Below are positions 39,589 through 49,144 of a stretch of DNA of 49,144 nt, piece by piece (the stretch's first letter is position 1; each line of letters begins with the position of its first letter). Under the pieces are notes generated by a model, which had not been told where the DNA came from, did no database searches, and saw only the letters and a list, made by a program, of their open reading frames with translations. The translations under genes were made by a program, and so were the position numbers. Source of the stretch: Planctomycetota bacterium. Its GTDB lineage: Bacteria > Planctomycetota > Planctomycetia > Pirellulales > UBA7805. The DNA lies in the NCBI GenBank assembly GCA_036337375.1, contig JAYZEI010000003.1, positions 1 through 49,144 on the forward strand. Direction: 5' to 3'.

Positions 39589-40113
39589 ATGTCTGATCTG
39601 ATCGGCCGACTAAAAAACAAGTTTGGCGACATCATTACCGGTGCGAATGTCGAGGCGCTCGATCCTTGGGTCGAAGTTGCCCCGGACGGTCTCGTCGAAA
39701 TCTGCACGTATCTGCGCGACGAACCCGATTTGCGGTTCGATATGTTGCAGTGCATTTCCGGTGTCGACTATTGCGAGCCGGACCCCAAGAAGGCGGCCAA
39801 GCTCGATTGGGAACCGCATCTGGAAGTGGTTTACCATTTATGGAGCATCCCGAATAAAGCGAGCTTGGTCGTAAAAGTAATCCTGCCCCGCTGGCAGGAC
39901 GGCAAAGAAGGCGAACTGCCCAGCGTGCCGTCGGTCAGTGGAATCTGGAGCACGGCGGATTGGCACGAGCGCGAGGTTTTCGATTTGTCCGGGGTCGATT
40001 TTGTCGGGCATCCAAATCTGCGGCGGATTCTCTGCCCGGAGGATTGGGTCGGTCACCCGCTCCGCAAAGACTACGAAATGCCCTTGGAATACCACGGAAT
40101 AAGATGCCGCTGA
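39589..40113 (+). CDS. nuoC: NADH-quinone oxidoreductase subunit C
   Basis: ISGVDY, EVVYHL.S, ADWHEREVFDLSGVDFVGHPNLRRIL.PEDWVGHPLRKDY. Confidence 0.95.
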   Translation: MSDLIGRLKNKFGDIITGANVEALDPWVEVAPDGLVEICTYLRDEPDLRFDMLQCISGVDYCEPDPKKAAKLDWEPHLEVVYHLWSIPNKASLVVKVILPRWQDGKEGELPSVPSVSGIWSTADWHEREVFDLSGVDFVGHPNLRRILCPEDWVGHPLRKDYEMPLEYHGIRCR

Positions 40114-40152
40114 GAAGGTCGATGGCAGCAACGCTGTTTTGAGTAAGTTTTT

Positions 40153-40187
40153 TCACCCCTCACCCCTCACCACTGACCCCTGACCCT
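40153..40187. repeat. Heptamer tandem repeat x5 upstream of nuoD
   Basis: TCACCCC TCACCCC TCACCAC TGACCCC TGACCCT. Confidence 0.85.
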
Positions 40188-40191
40188 TGAA

Positions 40192-41394
40192 ATGGCGACT
40201 GTCGACGATCCCCGCATTATCGAGTTCGACGTCCGTACGGACGAAATGTTGGTCAACATGGGCCCGCAGCATCCCAGTACGCACGGCGTGTTGCGGCTCG
40301 TGCTGCGGACCGATGGTGAGATCGTCTCGGAAGTCACGCCTTACATCGGCTATCTGCACCGCTGTGCAGAGAAGATCGGCGAAAACTTGACGCCGCGGCA
40401 GTGGATTCCATACACCGACCGGATGGATTACTTGGCCGGGATGAATATGAACCTCGGCTGGGCGATGTGCGTCGAGAAATTGATGAACCTACAGTTGCCC
40501 GAAAAAGGGCGGCATTTGCGCGTGATCATCGCCGAAATGGGCCGTATTGCCAGCCACTTGGTTGGCATGGGGGCATACGGGCTTGACCTGGGAACTTTCA
40601 GCCCGTTCCTTTACGCCTTCCGCGAGCGGGAAAAGATTTTGGATTTGTTCGAAGAAGCCTGCGGCGCTCGGTTGACGTACAGCTATCTGACCGTCGGTGG
40701 TGCGACGGCCGATCTGCCTAACGGTTGGCTGCAAAAATGCGAAGCGTTTCTTGAAGGGTTGTTGCCGGTCATCGACGAATGCCACACGTTGCTGACGACC
40801 AATTCGATTTTCGTCAAACGTACGGCTAACATTGGCGTCATGTCGGGGGAGATGGCGATCGACTACGGCTGCACCGGGCCGGTGCTGCGGGGTAGCGGTG
40901 TCGACCATGACCTACGGCGGGACGGTGAAGAGTTCTACACCAGCATGTACGACGGTTACGCGTTCGAAGTGATTGTCGAAAAGGACGGCCATTATCCTCA
41001 GGATCACGAATATCCGGTCGTGCCTCACGAAGCTGCCTTGGGCGACTGTTGGCATCGCTTTTACGTAAGGATGCTAGAAGTCCGCCAGGCGATCGACCTG
41101 GTCCGCCAGGCAATGGACCGTTACAGCACGGCAACCGGTTCCTACGGCGAGCCGGTGAAGCTCAACGAAAAGTTGCCGAAAGGCGAAGCGTACCTGGAAA
41201 CGGAGGCCCCCCGCGGCCAAATGGGCTTTTATGTCGTTAGCGACGGCTCGGCGATTCCCTGGCGAGCACGAGCGCGCAGCAGTAGTTTTTGCAATCTTTC
41301 AGTAACCGGTCCGCTTTGTAAAAACACGCTAATTGCCGACATTCCGGCGATCGTCGGCTCGCTCGATGTTGTCATGGGTGAGATCGATCGCTGA
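40192..41394 (+). CDS. nuoD: NADH-quinone oxidoreductase subunit D
   Basis: NMGPQHPSTHGVLRL, IGYLHR.AEK, DRMDY, EAPRGQMG, SLDVVMGEIDR. Confidence 0.96.
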   Translation: MATVDDPRIIEFDVRTDEMLVNMGPQHPSTHGVLRLVLRTDGEIVSEVTPYIGYLHRCAEKIGENLTPRQWIPYTDRMDYLAGMNMNLGWAMCVEKLMNLQLPEKGRHLRVIIAEMGRIASHLVGMGAYGLDLGTFSPFLYAFREREKILDLFEEACGARLTYSYLTVGGATADLPNGWLQKCEAFLEGLLPVIDECHTLLTTNSIFVKRTANIGVMSGEMAIDYGCTGPVLRGSGVDHDLRRDGEEFYTSMYDGYAFEVIVEKDGHYPQDHEYPVVPHEAALGDCWHRFYVRMLEVRQAIDLVRQAMDRYSTATGSYGEPVKLNEKLPKGEAYLETEAPRGQMGFYVVSDGSAIPWRARARSSSFCNLSVTGPLCKNTLIADIPAIVGSLDVVMGEIDR

Positions 41395-41611
41395 ATGCGT
41401 CAATTGCTCTCGATTTTCCATGGAAACACACCAATCCGACCCCGCAGGGGCTTGCCCATTCGCACCTGCTTGTGCCATATTTCACGGTCTTAAAAGCTTG
41501 GAAAACACTACCGGCTTAACCCTAGGCAGCACCAGGGCTTTGGCGGTCCTCCGCTCGCCGTACGAGAATCGATTACGCCGCCGCGATAGTTCGCGATAGT
41601 TCAAGGAAGCT

Positions 41612-42829
41612 GTGGCTGAGTTCATTAACGAGAAAATCCTAACTTGTTTGTTGGGATGGCTTTTTGGCACATTTAACGCCGACCACTGGCTCGGGCACGT
41701 TGTTGTTGCGCTGGTTGCGGCTTTTCTGATCATCAACCTGATCGCGGTTGGTGCGCTGGTTTTCATTTGGCTTGAGCGGAAAATAGCCGGCCGTATCCAG
41801 GATCGGCTGGGGCCGACCCGCGTTGGCGGCAAGTTCGGTTGGCTACAAACGCTGGCCGACGGTATCAAGTTGATCAGCAAAGAAGACATTACGCCCGGCG
41901 CGGCCGACCGGATGCTGTTCAAGATCGCGCCCTATATCGCCTTTTGCGCTTCGTATGGCTCGTTTATTGCGCTGCCGTTTGCCACCGGCTGGGTCGGCCT
42001 AGAGTTGAACGTTGCGGTGTTCTTTGTCGTGGCGGTGTTGGGGTTGGAAGTCTTTGGTGTCATCCTGGCCGGTTACGCGTCGGGGTCCAAATGGTCGTTG
42101 TTCGGTGCCATGCGGGAGGCGGCCCAAGTGGTCAGCTATGAAGTCCCACTTGGTCTGTGCGTCGTCATTCCCGTGATGATCGCCGGCAGCATGGACCTGA
42201 CCGTCATTGGCGACCAGCAGGCGGGGTTGTTCACAAATTGGTATATCTTTCACGACCCGTTTGCGTTCGTCACGTTTTGGGTTTATTTCACGTGTGCGAC
42301 CGCGAGTGTCAATCGGGCGCCGTTTGATTTGGCGGAGGCGGAAAGCGAATTGGTCGCCGGTTTTCACACGGAGTATTCCGGCCTCCGCTGGAGCATCTTC
42401 TTTATGGCCGAATACGGTTCGATGCTGTTGGTATCGGGTCTCGGTGCAATCCTGTTTTTGGGCGCCTGGAACGGGCCGATTCCGATTACGGCGGTTTTGG
42501 ATACAAATAGCGGGTTCCTTTGGTTCGTAGCAAACGTGCTGGGGGTGATGAACTTTTTGCTCAAGGCCGTCGTTTTAGTGATCTTGATGATGTGGATCCG
42601 CTGGACGTTTCCACGCTTGCGCATCGACCAGGTGATTACGACATGTTGGAAATACTGCACGCCCATTGCCGGAGTGATGTTCGTCGGAGTGATTACGTGG
42701 CAGGCGTTGGGACTGCCTAATGGTGGAGACCTGCTGCCGCCGCCCGCAGACACCACCGTCGAAGTCGGCGAGACGACTTACGAGGTAGGCGTACGTCGGC
42801 AAGTTGCCGACAAGATTGAAAAAGAATAA
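41612..42829 (+). CDS. nuoH: NADH-quinone oxidoreductase subunit H
   Basis: ERKIAGRIQDRLGPTRVG, LADGIKLISKED, NRAPFDLAEAESELVAGFHTEYSG, PRLRIDQ. Confidence 0.96.
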   Translation: MAEFINEKILTCLLGWLFGTFNADHWLGHVVVALVAAFLIINLIAVGALVFIWLERKIAGRIQDRLGPTRVGGKFGWLQTLADGIKLISKEDITPGAADRMLFKIAPYIAFCASYGSFIALPFATGWVGLELNVAVFFVVAVLGLEVFGVILAGYASGSKWSLFGAMREAAQVVSYEVPLGLCVVIPVMIAGSMDLTVIGDQQAGLFTNWYIFHDPFAFVTFWVYFTCATASVNRAPFDLAEAESELVAGFHTEYSGLRWSIFFMAEYGSMLLVSGLGAILFLGAWNGPIPITAVLDTNSGFLWFVANVLGVMNFLLKAVVLVILMMWIRWTFPRLRIDQVITTCWKYCTPIAGVMFVGVITWQALGLPNGGDLLPPPADTTVEVGETTYEVGVRRQVADKIEKE

Positions 42830-42834
42830 ATCTT

Positions 42835-43458
42835 ATGGAAATTAACTGGCATTCGCTGTACTTCCTGCTGTTCGCGAGCATCGCGTGCATTTTCGCCTTG
42901 GCGGTCGTGTTCACGGCGAACGTGGTGCGGATGGCGTTTTATTTGATGCTTTCTCTGGCGGCGACTGCCGGCTTGTTCTTTTTGGCGGGAGCCGATTTTG
43001 TCGGCGCGATGCAGTTGGTATTGTACGTCGGCGGAACGCTGGTGCTGTTGGTCTTCGGCGTCATGCTGACGGCGCAAAGCCCGTTTATTTCGATAAGGAC
43101 CGGTGGTGGCGATTGGGTGTTAGCGGCGATCGTTGGCGGTTTGTTCCTGGCGGTGCTGATTCCGGCTGCGGTGCAGTCCGGCGCGTCGCACGAAAATTTC
43201 CCCAAAAACGTCGCCGCATCCGAGGAAGATGCTGTCTCGGCTGATACGGCCGAAGAGCCTGCCAGCGAACCGACCGCCGCACGAATTGGTTTAGCTCTGC
43301 TCGGCGCACCGGCGGACGGTTCGAAGGGCGGCAGCGGGTATCTGCTTCCGTTTGAAATAATCTCAATTCATTTGCTTGTTGTTCTGGTCGGCGCCGCTTA
43401 TTTGGCGAGGCCGAAGCGGCGGGCGACGCCCGAAAAAAACGTCGCTGAGGAAAGTTGA
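42835..43458 (+). CDS. nuoJ: NADH-quinone oxidoreductase subunit J
   Basis: ADFVGAMQLVLYVGGTLVLLVFGVML, YLLPFEIISIHLLVVLVGA. Confidence 0.94.
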   Translation: MEINWHSLYFLLFASIACIFALAVVFTANVVRMAFYLMLSLAATAGLFFLAGADFVGAMQLVLYVGGTLVLLVFGVMLTAQSPFISIRTGGGDWVLAAIVGGLFLAVLIPAAVQSGASHENFPKNVAASEEDAVSADTAEEPASEPTAARIGLALLGAPADGSKGGSGYLLPFEIISIHLLVVLVGAAYLARPKRRATPEKNVAEES

Positions 43459-43464
43459 ACCTGA

Positions 43465-43502
43465 AGGCCCTCCCTCGAACGGGAGGACTGGCGAGGGGTG
43501 AA
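43465..43502. repeat. REP-like palindromic element between nuoJ and nuoK
   Basis: CCCTCCCTCGAACGGGAGGACTGGCGAGGGGTGAA; its reverse complement begins TTCACCCCTC like the element at 5971. Confidence 0.55.
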
Positions 43503-43510
43503 AAAAAGTC

Positions 43511-43855
43511 ATGAATCTACTAACAGATCCGGTCACCATTTCGCACTACCTGATTGTCGGCTCCGTCATGTTTGTTGCCGGCGCGGTGTGCATGGCGACG
43601 AAACGCAATGCGTTGGGCGTGTTGATGGGTATCGAGTTGGTGCTCAACGGCGCAAACATCAACTTTGTCGCCTTCGGCTCGGAAATTCTCGCCAGAAACC
43701 CGCATTACCGATTGGGCCTGGACGGTCAGATTATTGCCTTGTTCGTGATCGTGTTGGCTGCTGCCGAAGCGGCCGTAGCCTTGGCGATTGTACTGAATTT
43801 TTATAACAACCACGCGACCGTGGACGTGGACCGCGCAGATGAGTTGAAGGGCTAA
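43511..43855 (+). CDS. nuoK: NADH-quinone oxidoreductase subunit K
   Basis: RNALGVLMGIELVLNGANINFV, GQIIALFVIVLAAAEAAVALAI. Confidence 0.96.
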   Translation: MNLLTDPVTISHYLIVGSVMFVAGAVCMATKRNALGVLMGIELVLNGANINFVAFGSEILARNPHYRLGLDGQIIALFVIVLAAAEAAVALAIVLNFYNNHATVDVDRADELKG

Positions 43856-46260
43856 TGGAACTGGGAGCGACATTATCGACGCTGTTGCTGCTGGCGTGGT
43901 TGCTGCCGCTGGCTTCGTTCGGTGCCATCGTGCTGTTCGGTCCGCGCATGGGCCGGGCGGGAAAAGCCGCCGGCTACGTCGCCACCGGCGCGATCTTGGC
44001 CGGCGTGGTGTTGTCGCTCTTCGCGCTGGGGTTTTGGATCGGCGAACACGGTCTTGGAGAGTCGCTTCATGGCGACGAACACGCTGAGGTTAAAGCAGGC
44101 GAAGAAGCGGACCACCACGGGCACCGTCATGACGACGGTCACGCCAAGAAGTTCTATTCGGGCGACTGGTACACGCTGGCCGAGTTCGGCGGATTGCGGC
44201 TGACGATCGGCTATTACATCGACGCGTTGACGGTCGTCATGTTCTGCATGGTCACGCTGATCGCTACGTGCATCCATTTCTACGCGATGGGCTACATGCA
44301 CGAAGAACTAGAGGACGTTACGGACCACGAAGTGGCGCTTGCCAACGGCGAACATCTGCGGCGGCCCGGCCGCTATCATCGTTTCTTCCAATACTTGTCG
44401 CTTTTCTGTTTTAGCATGTTGGGCATCGTGGTCGCCGGCAACATCGCGATGACGTTCATCTTTTGGGAACTGGTCGGGATTTGCTCGTACTTTCTGATTG
44501 GCTTTTACATCGAACGAAAGACCGCCTCGACAGCTGCGAACAAAGCGTTCATCGTTAACCGCGTTGGCGACTTCGGCATGATCATCGGCCTGATGGCGAT
44601 CTTTGGGAGTCTGGGCACATTCCATTACGAAGAGATTTTCGCACAGGTGCGGCCCCAGGAAATTTACACGCCGACCGAGACCATCGAAAAGCACCACGAA
44701 CTCACCGTGCCCGACGGCATGGTCTGGGCGGAAGCGACGGAGCGTGCCGGCGAGATCGTGATGGACCATGCCGGGCAGGAATACGGCCTGGAGAACGCCG
44801 CCGCGCAAATGGCTGCGGAAGCGAATGAGTATCGTGATCAGGGGTTCGGGTACACGTTGTTGATTATCGCCGGCCTCGGTATTTTTTGCGGCTGCATGGG
44901 TAAGAGTGCCCAGTTTCCTCTGCACGTCTGGCTGCCCGATGCGATGGAAGGCCCGACGCCGGTTTCCGCGCTGGTTCACTCGGCGACGATGGTCGCGGCG
45001 GGCGTGTTTCTCACCGCGAGGTTCTTTCCGGTGTTTACGCCAGAGGTGCTGCTGGTCATTGCGATTGTCGGCACGGTTACGTTGTTCATGGCGGCGACCA
45101 TTGCGATCACGGCAACGGACATCAAACGCGTACTGGCATATTCGACGCTATCTCAGTTGGGCTACATGATGTTCGCGCTGGGCGTTGGCGGTTGGGTCGC
45201 CGGAGTTTTGCATTTGATTACGCATGCGTTTTTCAAGAGCCTGCTGTTCATGTGCTCCGGGTCGGTAATCCACGCGGTTCACAGTAATGAAATGACCGAC
45301 ATGGGCGGATTGCTCAAGAAGATGCCGATCACGGCTTACACGATGTTGGTCGGCTGCTTGGCAATCATCGGTGCGGGAATTCCGCTGGTGATCGGACTCA
45401 GTGGTTACTATTCCAAAGACGCGATTCTCGCGCAGGCATATGTATTCGGCGAGTCGAACGGAAGCCTGCTTTTCCTGTTTGTCATCGCCGCTGGCGGAGC
45501 CGCCATTACCGCATTTTATATGTTCCGCCTGTGGTTCATGACATTCCTCGGCGAGCCGCGCGACAAGCATCGTTTCGACCACGCTCATGAATCACCAAAA
45601 GTGATGTGGATACCGCTGGTTGTGTTGTCTTGTTTTGCGGTTTTCGTCGCCACGCCACCGATTACGGATTTGTTTAATCCTACCGCCGCTCCCTTGGTTC
45701 GCATGTTGGAGCAGGCGGTGCCCAACGGGGTTGCCGCTGGAGGAGCGAGCGGCGGTATCGTCATTCCGGCCGAAGCCGATTCTCACGAACACACGGTTCA
45801 CGTTCTTGCCGGCTTTATCGCATTTGGCACCGCAATGTCGGGACTGCTGATTGCCTGCTGTGTCTACTGGTGGCGGCTGATCAACCCCGATGAAGTCCGG
45901 GCCATGTTCGCGCCAATTTATAGGTTTTTGCTGAATAAGTGGTGGTTTGACGAGTTGTACGACAAGCTGTTGGTCAGGCCGACGCTTTACATCGGCAGAT
46001 TCATTGCCTGGATCGATCGAGGCCTGATCGACTGGCTGATCGACAATATCGCCCGCTGGGCGCGAGGCTTTTCTGACGGATTTGATCGCGCGATCGATCG
46101 CACTTTTATCGACGGCACGGTCAATTGGGTCGCCCGCCAAACGCACGCCGTCGGTTTGGCGCTGCGCGGCGTACAGACCGGGCGCATCCGCCAGTACGTT
46201 GTCTTGATTGTCGTTGGAACGGTTACCATGTTTGTTATTGCATTTGGATTGTCGAAATAA
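43855..46260 (+). CDS. nuoL: NADH-quinone oxidoreductase subunit L
   Basis: WELVGICSYFLIGF, KAFIVNRVGDFG, GKSAQFPLHVWLPDAMEGPTPVSALVHSATMV, THAFFKSLLF, QTGRIRQY. Confidence 0.96.
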   Translation: MELGATLSTLLLLAWLLPLASFGAIVLFGPRMGRAGKAAGYVATGAILAGVVLSLFALGFWIGEHGLGESLHGDEHAEVKAGEEADHHGHRHDDGHAKKFYSGDWYTLAEFGGLRLTIGYYIDALTVVMFCMVTLIATCIHFYAMGYMHEELEDVTDHEVALANGEHLRRPGRYHRFFQYLSLFCFSMLGIVVAGNIAMTFIFWELVGICSYFLIGFYIERKTASTAANKAFIVNRVGDFGMIIGLMAIFGSLGTFHYEEIFAQVRPQEIYTPTETIEKHHELTVPDGMVWAEATERAGEIVMDHAGQEYGLENAAAQMAAEANEYRDQGFGYTLLIIAGLGIFCGCMGKSAQFPLHVWLPDAMEGPTPVSALVHSATMVAAGVFLTARFFPVFTPEVLLVIAIVGTVTLFMAATIAITATDIKRVLAYSTLSQLGYMMFALGVGGWVAGVLHLITHAFFKSLLFMCSGSVIHAVHSNEMTDMGGLLKKMPITAYTMLVGCLAIIGAGIPLVIGLSGYYSKDAILAQAYVFGESNGSLLFLFVIAAGGAAITAFYMFRLWFMTFLGEPRDKHRFDHAHESPKVMWIPLVVLSCFAVFVATPPITDLFNPTAAPLVRMLEQAVPNGVAAGGASGGIVIPAEADSHEHTVHVLAGFIAFGTAMSGLLIACCVYWWRLINPDEVRAMFAPIYRFLLNKWWFDELYDKLLVRPTLYIGRFIAWIDRGLIDWLIDNIARWARGFSDGFDRAIDRTFIDGTVNWVARQTHAVGLALRGVQTGRIRQYVVLIVVGTVTMFVIAFGLSK

Positions 46261-46298
46261 TCGAGGCTTTCGCCTACATAAATTGGACCAGTTAAACG

Positions 46299-48275
46299 AT
46301 GAACCCATACGTCCTTTTCATTAGCCTTGTAGTCTTCCTGCCGGCGGTGGCGTCGCTGGTGCTGCTGTTTCTTAGCCGGGACAATACGGAAGGCATCAAA
46401 TGGATATCCATGATCACGACCGTGATTGTCTTTTTGCTCACACTTTGGATGGCGGTTCCCGCTGCCGATGGCGTGGACAACGTCCAGTTCCAGTTGGGCG
46501 TCGAACAAATGCAGAGCGCGTTCAACTACGAATGGATTCCTACGTTTAACATCCGTTATTTTATGGGTATGGACGGGATTAGTTTCCCGCTGCTCGTACT
46601 GACGTCGTTTATCAGTATGTTGGCGATGGCGGCAAGCTGGAACATCAGCAAACACGTCAAAGCGTACTGCGCGCTATTTCTACTGCTCGAGACCGGTATG
46701 CTCGGCGTCTTTTTGGCGCTGGATTTCATTTTGTTCTACGTCTTTTGGGAGGTCATGCTACTGCCGATGTACTTCCTGATCGGCGTCTGGGGAGGCCCTC
46801 GTCGCGAATATGCGGCGATCAAATTCTTCCTCTACACGCTGTTCGGCAGCGTGCTGATGTTGATCGCAATACTGATGTTGTACTTCAACAGCGACCTGCG
46901 GGAGCTCACACCCGATCAGCTTGCTGAATCGCATGTGCTCGATCCGTACGTCGACAGTTCGGTTGAAGATCAAGAAGTCCGGGAAGTCGCCGCGCGGGAT
47001 AAGTTGCTTACGGCGATCAAAAGTGGAGAAACATCGGAACACACGTTCAATATTCTCGCCCTACAGCAGCTTGGACAGCATACGACTCAGTTCGACGATT
47101 TTGGCGAGGATGAAGACGGCAAGGCGATTTACTTTCTGGGGCAAAGCGTTCAGTTCTGGGCTTTCTTGCTGTTGTTCGTTGGCTTCGTCATCAAAGTTCC
47201 CAGCGTTCCGGTTCACACTTGGCTGCCCGATGCGCACGTTGAGGCGCCGACACCTATTTCAATGATCTTGGCCGGCGTGCTGCTGAAAATGGGTGGTTAC
47301 GGCATCATTCGAATCTGCTATCCCATCTGTCCTGAAGCGGGATACGACTTACGCTGGGTCGTGTGCATCATCGGTGTCGTCAGTATGGTTTACGGCGCGT
47401 TTGCCGCGCTGGCTCAAAAGGACTTCAAGCGGATGGTGGCTTACAGTTCGGTCAGCCACATGGGTTACGTCGTGCTTGGCCTCGGCGTGTGGAGCGCTCT
47501 GAATCACTCCGGTTACAAGACCGAGTATTGGCAAATGGGCATGAACGGCGCGATGTTCCAGATGATCGCTCACGGTATTAGCTCGGCCGGAATGTTCTTC
47601 ATGGTCGGAGTAATTTACGATCGGGTGCATCACCGTCGCCTCGACGAGTACGGTGGGCTGTTTGCAAAGATGCCTACTTACAGCGGTTTGGCCATCGTGA
47701 TTTTCTTCGCCGGCCTGGGATTGCCAGGATTGTGCGGCTTCATTGGCGAAGTGCTGGTCGTGCTTAGCGTCTGGAACTTCAGCAAGGTATTAGCAGTGAT
47801 TTCAGCGTTCGTTGTGATACTGACCGCTGCTTATATTCTTTGGGCGCTGCAGCGTGTCTACCTGGGGTCCGAATACAAAGGGCCACACGAAGAATCGCTG
47901 ACGCGGATCACGCCGCGCGAAATGTCCATTGCCGTGCCGCTGGTCATCCTGGCAATTCTGTTTGGCGTCTATCCAAAGAGCGTGCTCAACTACATGGCGC
48001 CGTCGGTCAACAAAACGGTTGATGACTTGGCCGATTGGCGGATGCGGCAAGATGAGAAGCAAGCTGCGCAAGCGAAAACAACACAAAAAGGTCCGCCCGC
48101 AACGGTAGCGGAGGTGGCGATAAATCGGCAGAACGTTCAGTTGCCGGGCGATGCGGCAGACGGAGTCGCGATCGTCGAACGGAGGGCGTTCGGTTTAAAA
48201 GAGGTGCGACGTAATTTACCTCCTCCCGTGAAAGAACCAAACCAGATCAACCCCGCAGTACGGCAAGAACCGTGA
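46299..48275 (+). CDS. nuoM: NADH-quinone oxidoreductase subunit M
   Basis: DGIS, FYVFWEVMLLPMYFLIGVWG, YAAIKFFLYT, HTWLPDAHVEAPT, LLKMGGYG, AYSSVSHMG. Confidence 0.96.
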   Translation: MNPYVLFISLVVFLPAVASLVLLFLSRDNTEGIKWISMITTVIVFLLTLWMAVPAADGVDNVQFQLGVEQMQSAFNYEWIPTFNIRYFMGMDGISFPLLVLTSFISMLAMAASWNISKHVKAYCALFLLLETGMLGVFLALDFILFYVFWEVMLLPMYFLIGVWGGPRREYAAIKFFLYTLFGSVLMLIAILMLYFNSDLRELTPDQLAESHVLDPYVDSSVEDQEVREVAARDKLLTAIKSGETSEHTFNILALQQLGQHTTQFDDFGEDEDGKAIYFLGQSVQFWAFLLLFVGFVIKVPSVPVHTWLPDAHVEAPTPISMILAGVLLKMGGYGIIRICYPICPEAGYDLRWVVCIIGVVSMVYGAFAALAQKDFKRMVAYSSVSHMGYVVLGLGVWSALNHSGYKTEYWQMGMNGAMFQMIAHGISSAGMFFMVGVIYDRVHHRRLDEYGGLFAKMPTYSGLAIVIFFAGLGLPGLCGFIGEVLVVLSVWNFSKVLAVISAFVVILTAAYILWALQRVYLGSEYKGPHEESLTRITPREMSIAVPLVILAILFGVYPKSVLNYMAPSVNKTVDDLADWRMRQDEKQAAQAKTTQKGPPATVAEVAINRQNVQLPGDAADGVAIVERRAFGLKEVRRNLPPPVKEPNQINPAVRQEP

Positions 48276-49144
48276 ACTACGACGCGTTAGCCAAACTAGT
48301 AATCAGTGAAACGAGTGATTCACTGGGTAAATTTTTGCCCGAGATTGTGCTTTGCGGCACGATACTCGTGATGCTGATGCTGCGTATTTCGAATCGACTG
48401 ACCAAATTGTTTCCCTCATGGTTGCTCGCGCTGGCGGGTGCGATCATTGCTCTGGCATTCTGCGATCCATTGAGCGTGCTCGGCAGCCAGGTAGTCCCAA
48501 AGCCGGATCCGATTTTTCAGGAAATGCTGGTTTACGACGCTTTCACAGTTTTCTTCCGGACATTTCTTCTTTTGTTCACGGTCCTCTTCATTATTCTCAC
48601 GAAACTAACAGGCATCCCCGACTCCGAAGACGGCGCTGATTTTTACACGCTTGTCCTCGGCGCGGTGATCGGCATGTGCTTGATGGTATCGGCGAATCAC
48701 TTGTTGATAGTCTTTCTGGCAGTTGAGATGGCCAGTGTCCCTTCGTATGTGCTGGCGGGGATGTTGAAAGGACGTCGCGAATCGAGCGAAGCGGCCTTAA
48801 AGTATTCGATTTACGGCGCGGGTACGGCGGGCGTAATGCTGTACGGCATCAGTCTGGTCTCCGGTGTGATCGGATCAGCGCACCTGCCCACCATTGCCAC
48901 GCGGTTGGCTGAAGGTGTTGCCGGCGACGCTTCGCTGGTCTTGGTGCTCGGCGGCTTAATGATCATGGTCGGTTTGGCGTTCAAGCTGTCGGCCGTACCG
49001 TTCCATTTTTGGTGTCCCGATGTTTTCGAAGGTGCCTGCGCCGAGGTGAACGCCTTTTTGTCAGTCGCCTCCAAAGCCGCGGCGCTGGCGCTTTTGGTTC
49101 GTGTGGCGGTTGGCGTAACCAACCCAGACCTCCCCGAAGTTGCC
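48272..49144 (+). CDS. nuoN: NADH-quinone oxidoreductase subunit N (runs off the window end)
   Basis: GTG overlapping the nuoM TGA; manual translation MNYDALAKLV...FLPEIVL...SSEAALKY...FKLSAVPFHFWCPDVFEGA. Confidence 0.93.
   Translation, partial: MNYDALAKLVISETSDSLGKFLPEIVLCGTILVMLMLRISNRLTKLFPSWLLALAGAIIALAFCDPLSVLGSQVVPKPDPIFQEMLVYDAFTVFFRTFLLLFTVLFIILTKLTGIPDSEDGADFYTLVLGAVIGMCLMVSANHLLIVFLAVEMASVPSYVLAGMLKGRRESSEAALKYSIYGAGTAGVMLYGISLVSGVIGSAHLPTIATRLAEGVAGDASLVLVLGGLMIMVGLAFKLSAVPFHFWCPDVFEGACAEVNAFLSVASKAAALALLVRVAVGVTNPDLPEVA

Noticed and set aside
40192-41394. Group 4 [NiFe]-hydrogenase large subunit
   Set aside because: No CxxC Ni-binding motifs; ends in GEIDR as in NuoD

Overview
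GC-rich bacterial chromosomal segment. Its gene content and style (clustered sulfatases, secreted Hint-domain protein, large planctomycete-type ABC operons, csrA) suggest Planctomycetota, probably Pirellulales; this is an inference. In order: three secreted sulfatases; a Tat-exported PaoABC/xanthine-oxidase-family molybdoenzyme operon with a coupled small Cys-rich ORF; CtpA; folC; an ABC operon; a GalU-like transferase plus glucuronokinase pair; oleD followed by an accessory FAS-II cluster (fabF, ACP, two phytoene-desaturase-like flavoproteins, fabZ, fabI); a Hint-domain protein; a PQQ sugar dehydrogenase; tRNA-Glu; csrA; nuoI; a second ABC cluster; and nuoA-C-D-H-J-K-L-M-N, with no nuoB/E/F/G in the window. 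Most striking: (1) the molybdoenzyme has all four FeS-II Cys replaced by Ser, lacks most PaoB [4Fe-4S] ligands and has a Cys-rich fourth gene; (2) the FAS-II/flavo-oxidoreductase lipid cluster next to oleD; (3) a bacterial glucuronokinase-uridylyltransferase operon; (4) a five-copy AAGGA array in the nuoI leader, divergent from csrA. No CRISPR, rRNA or mobile-element genes were seen. Family calls come from motif recognition by eye, not database searches.
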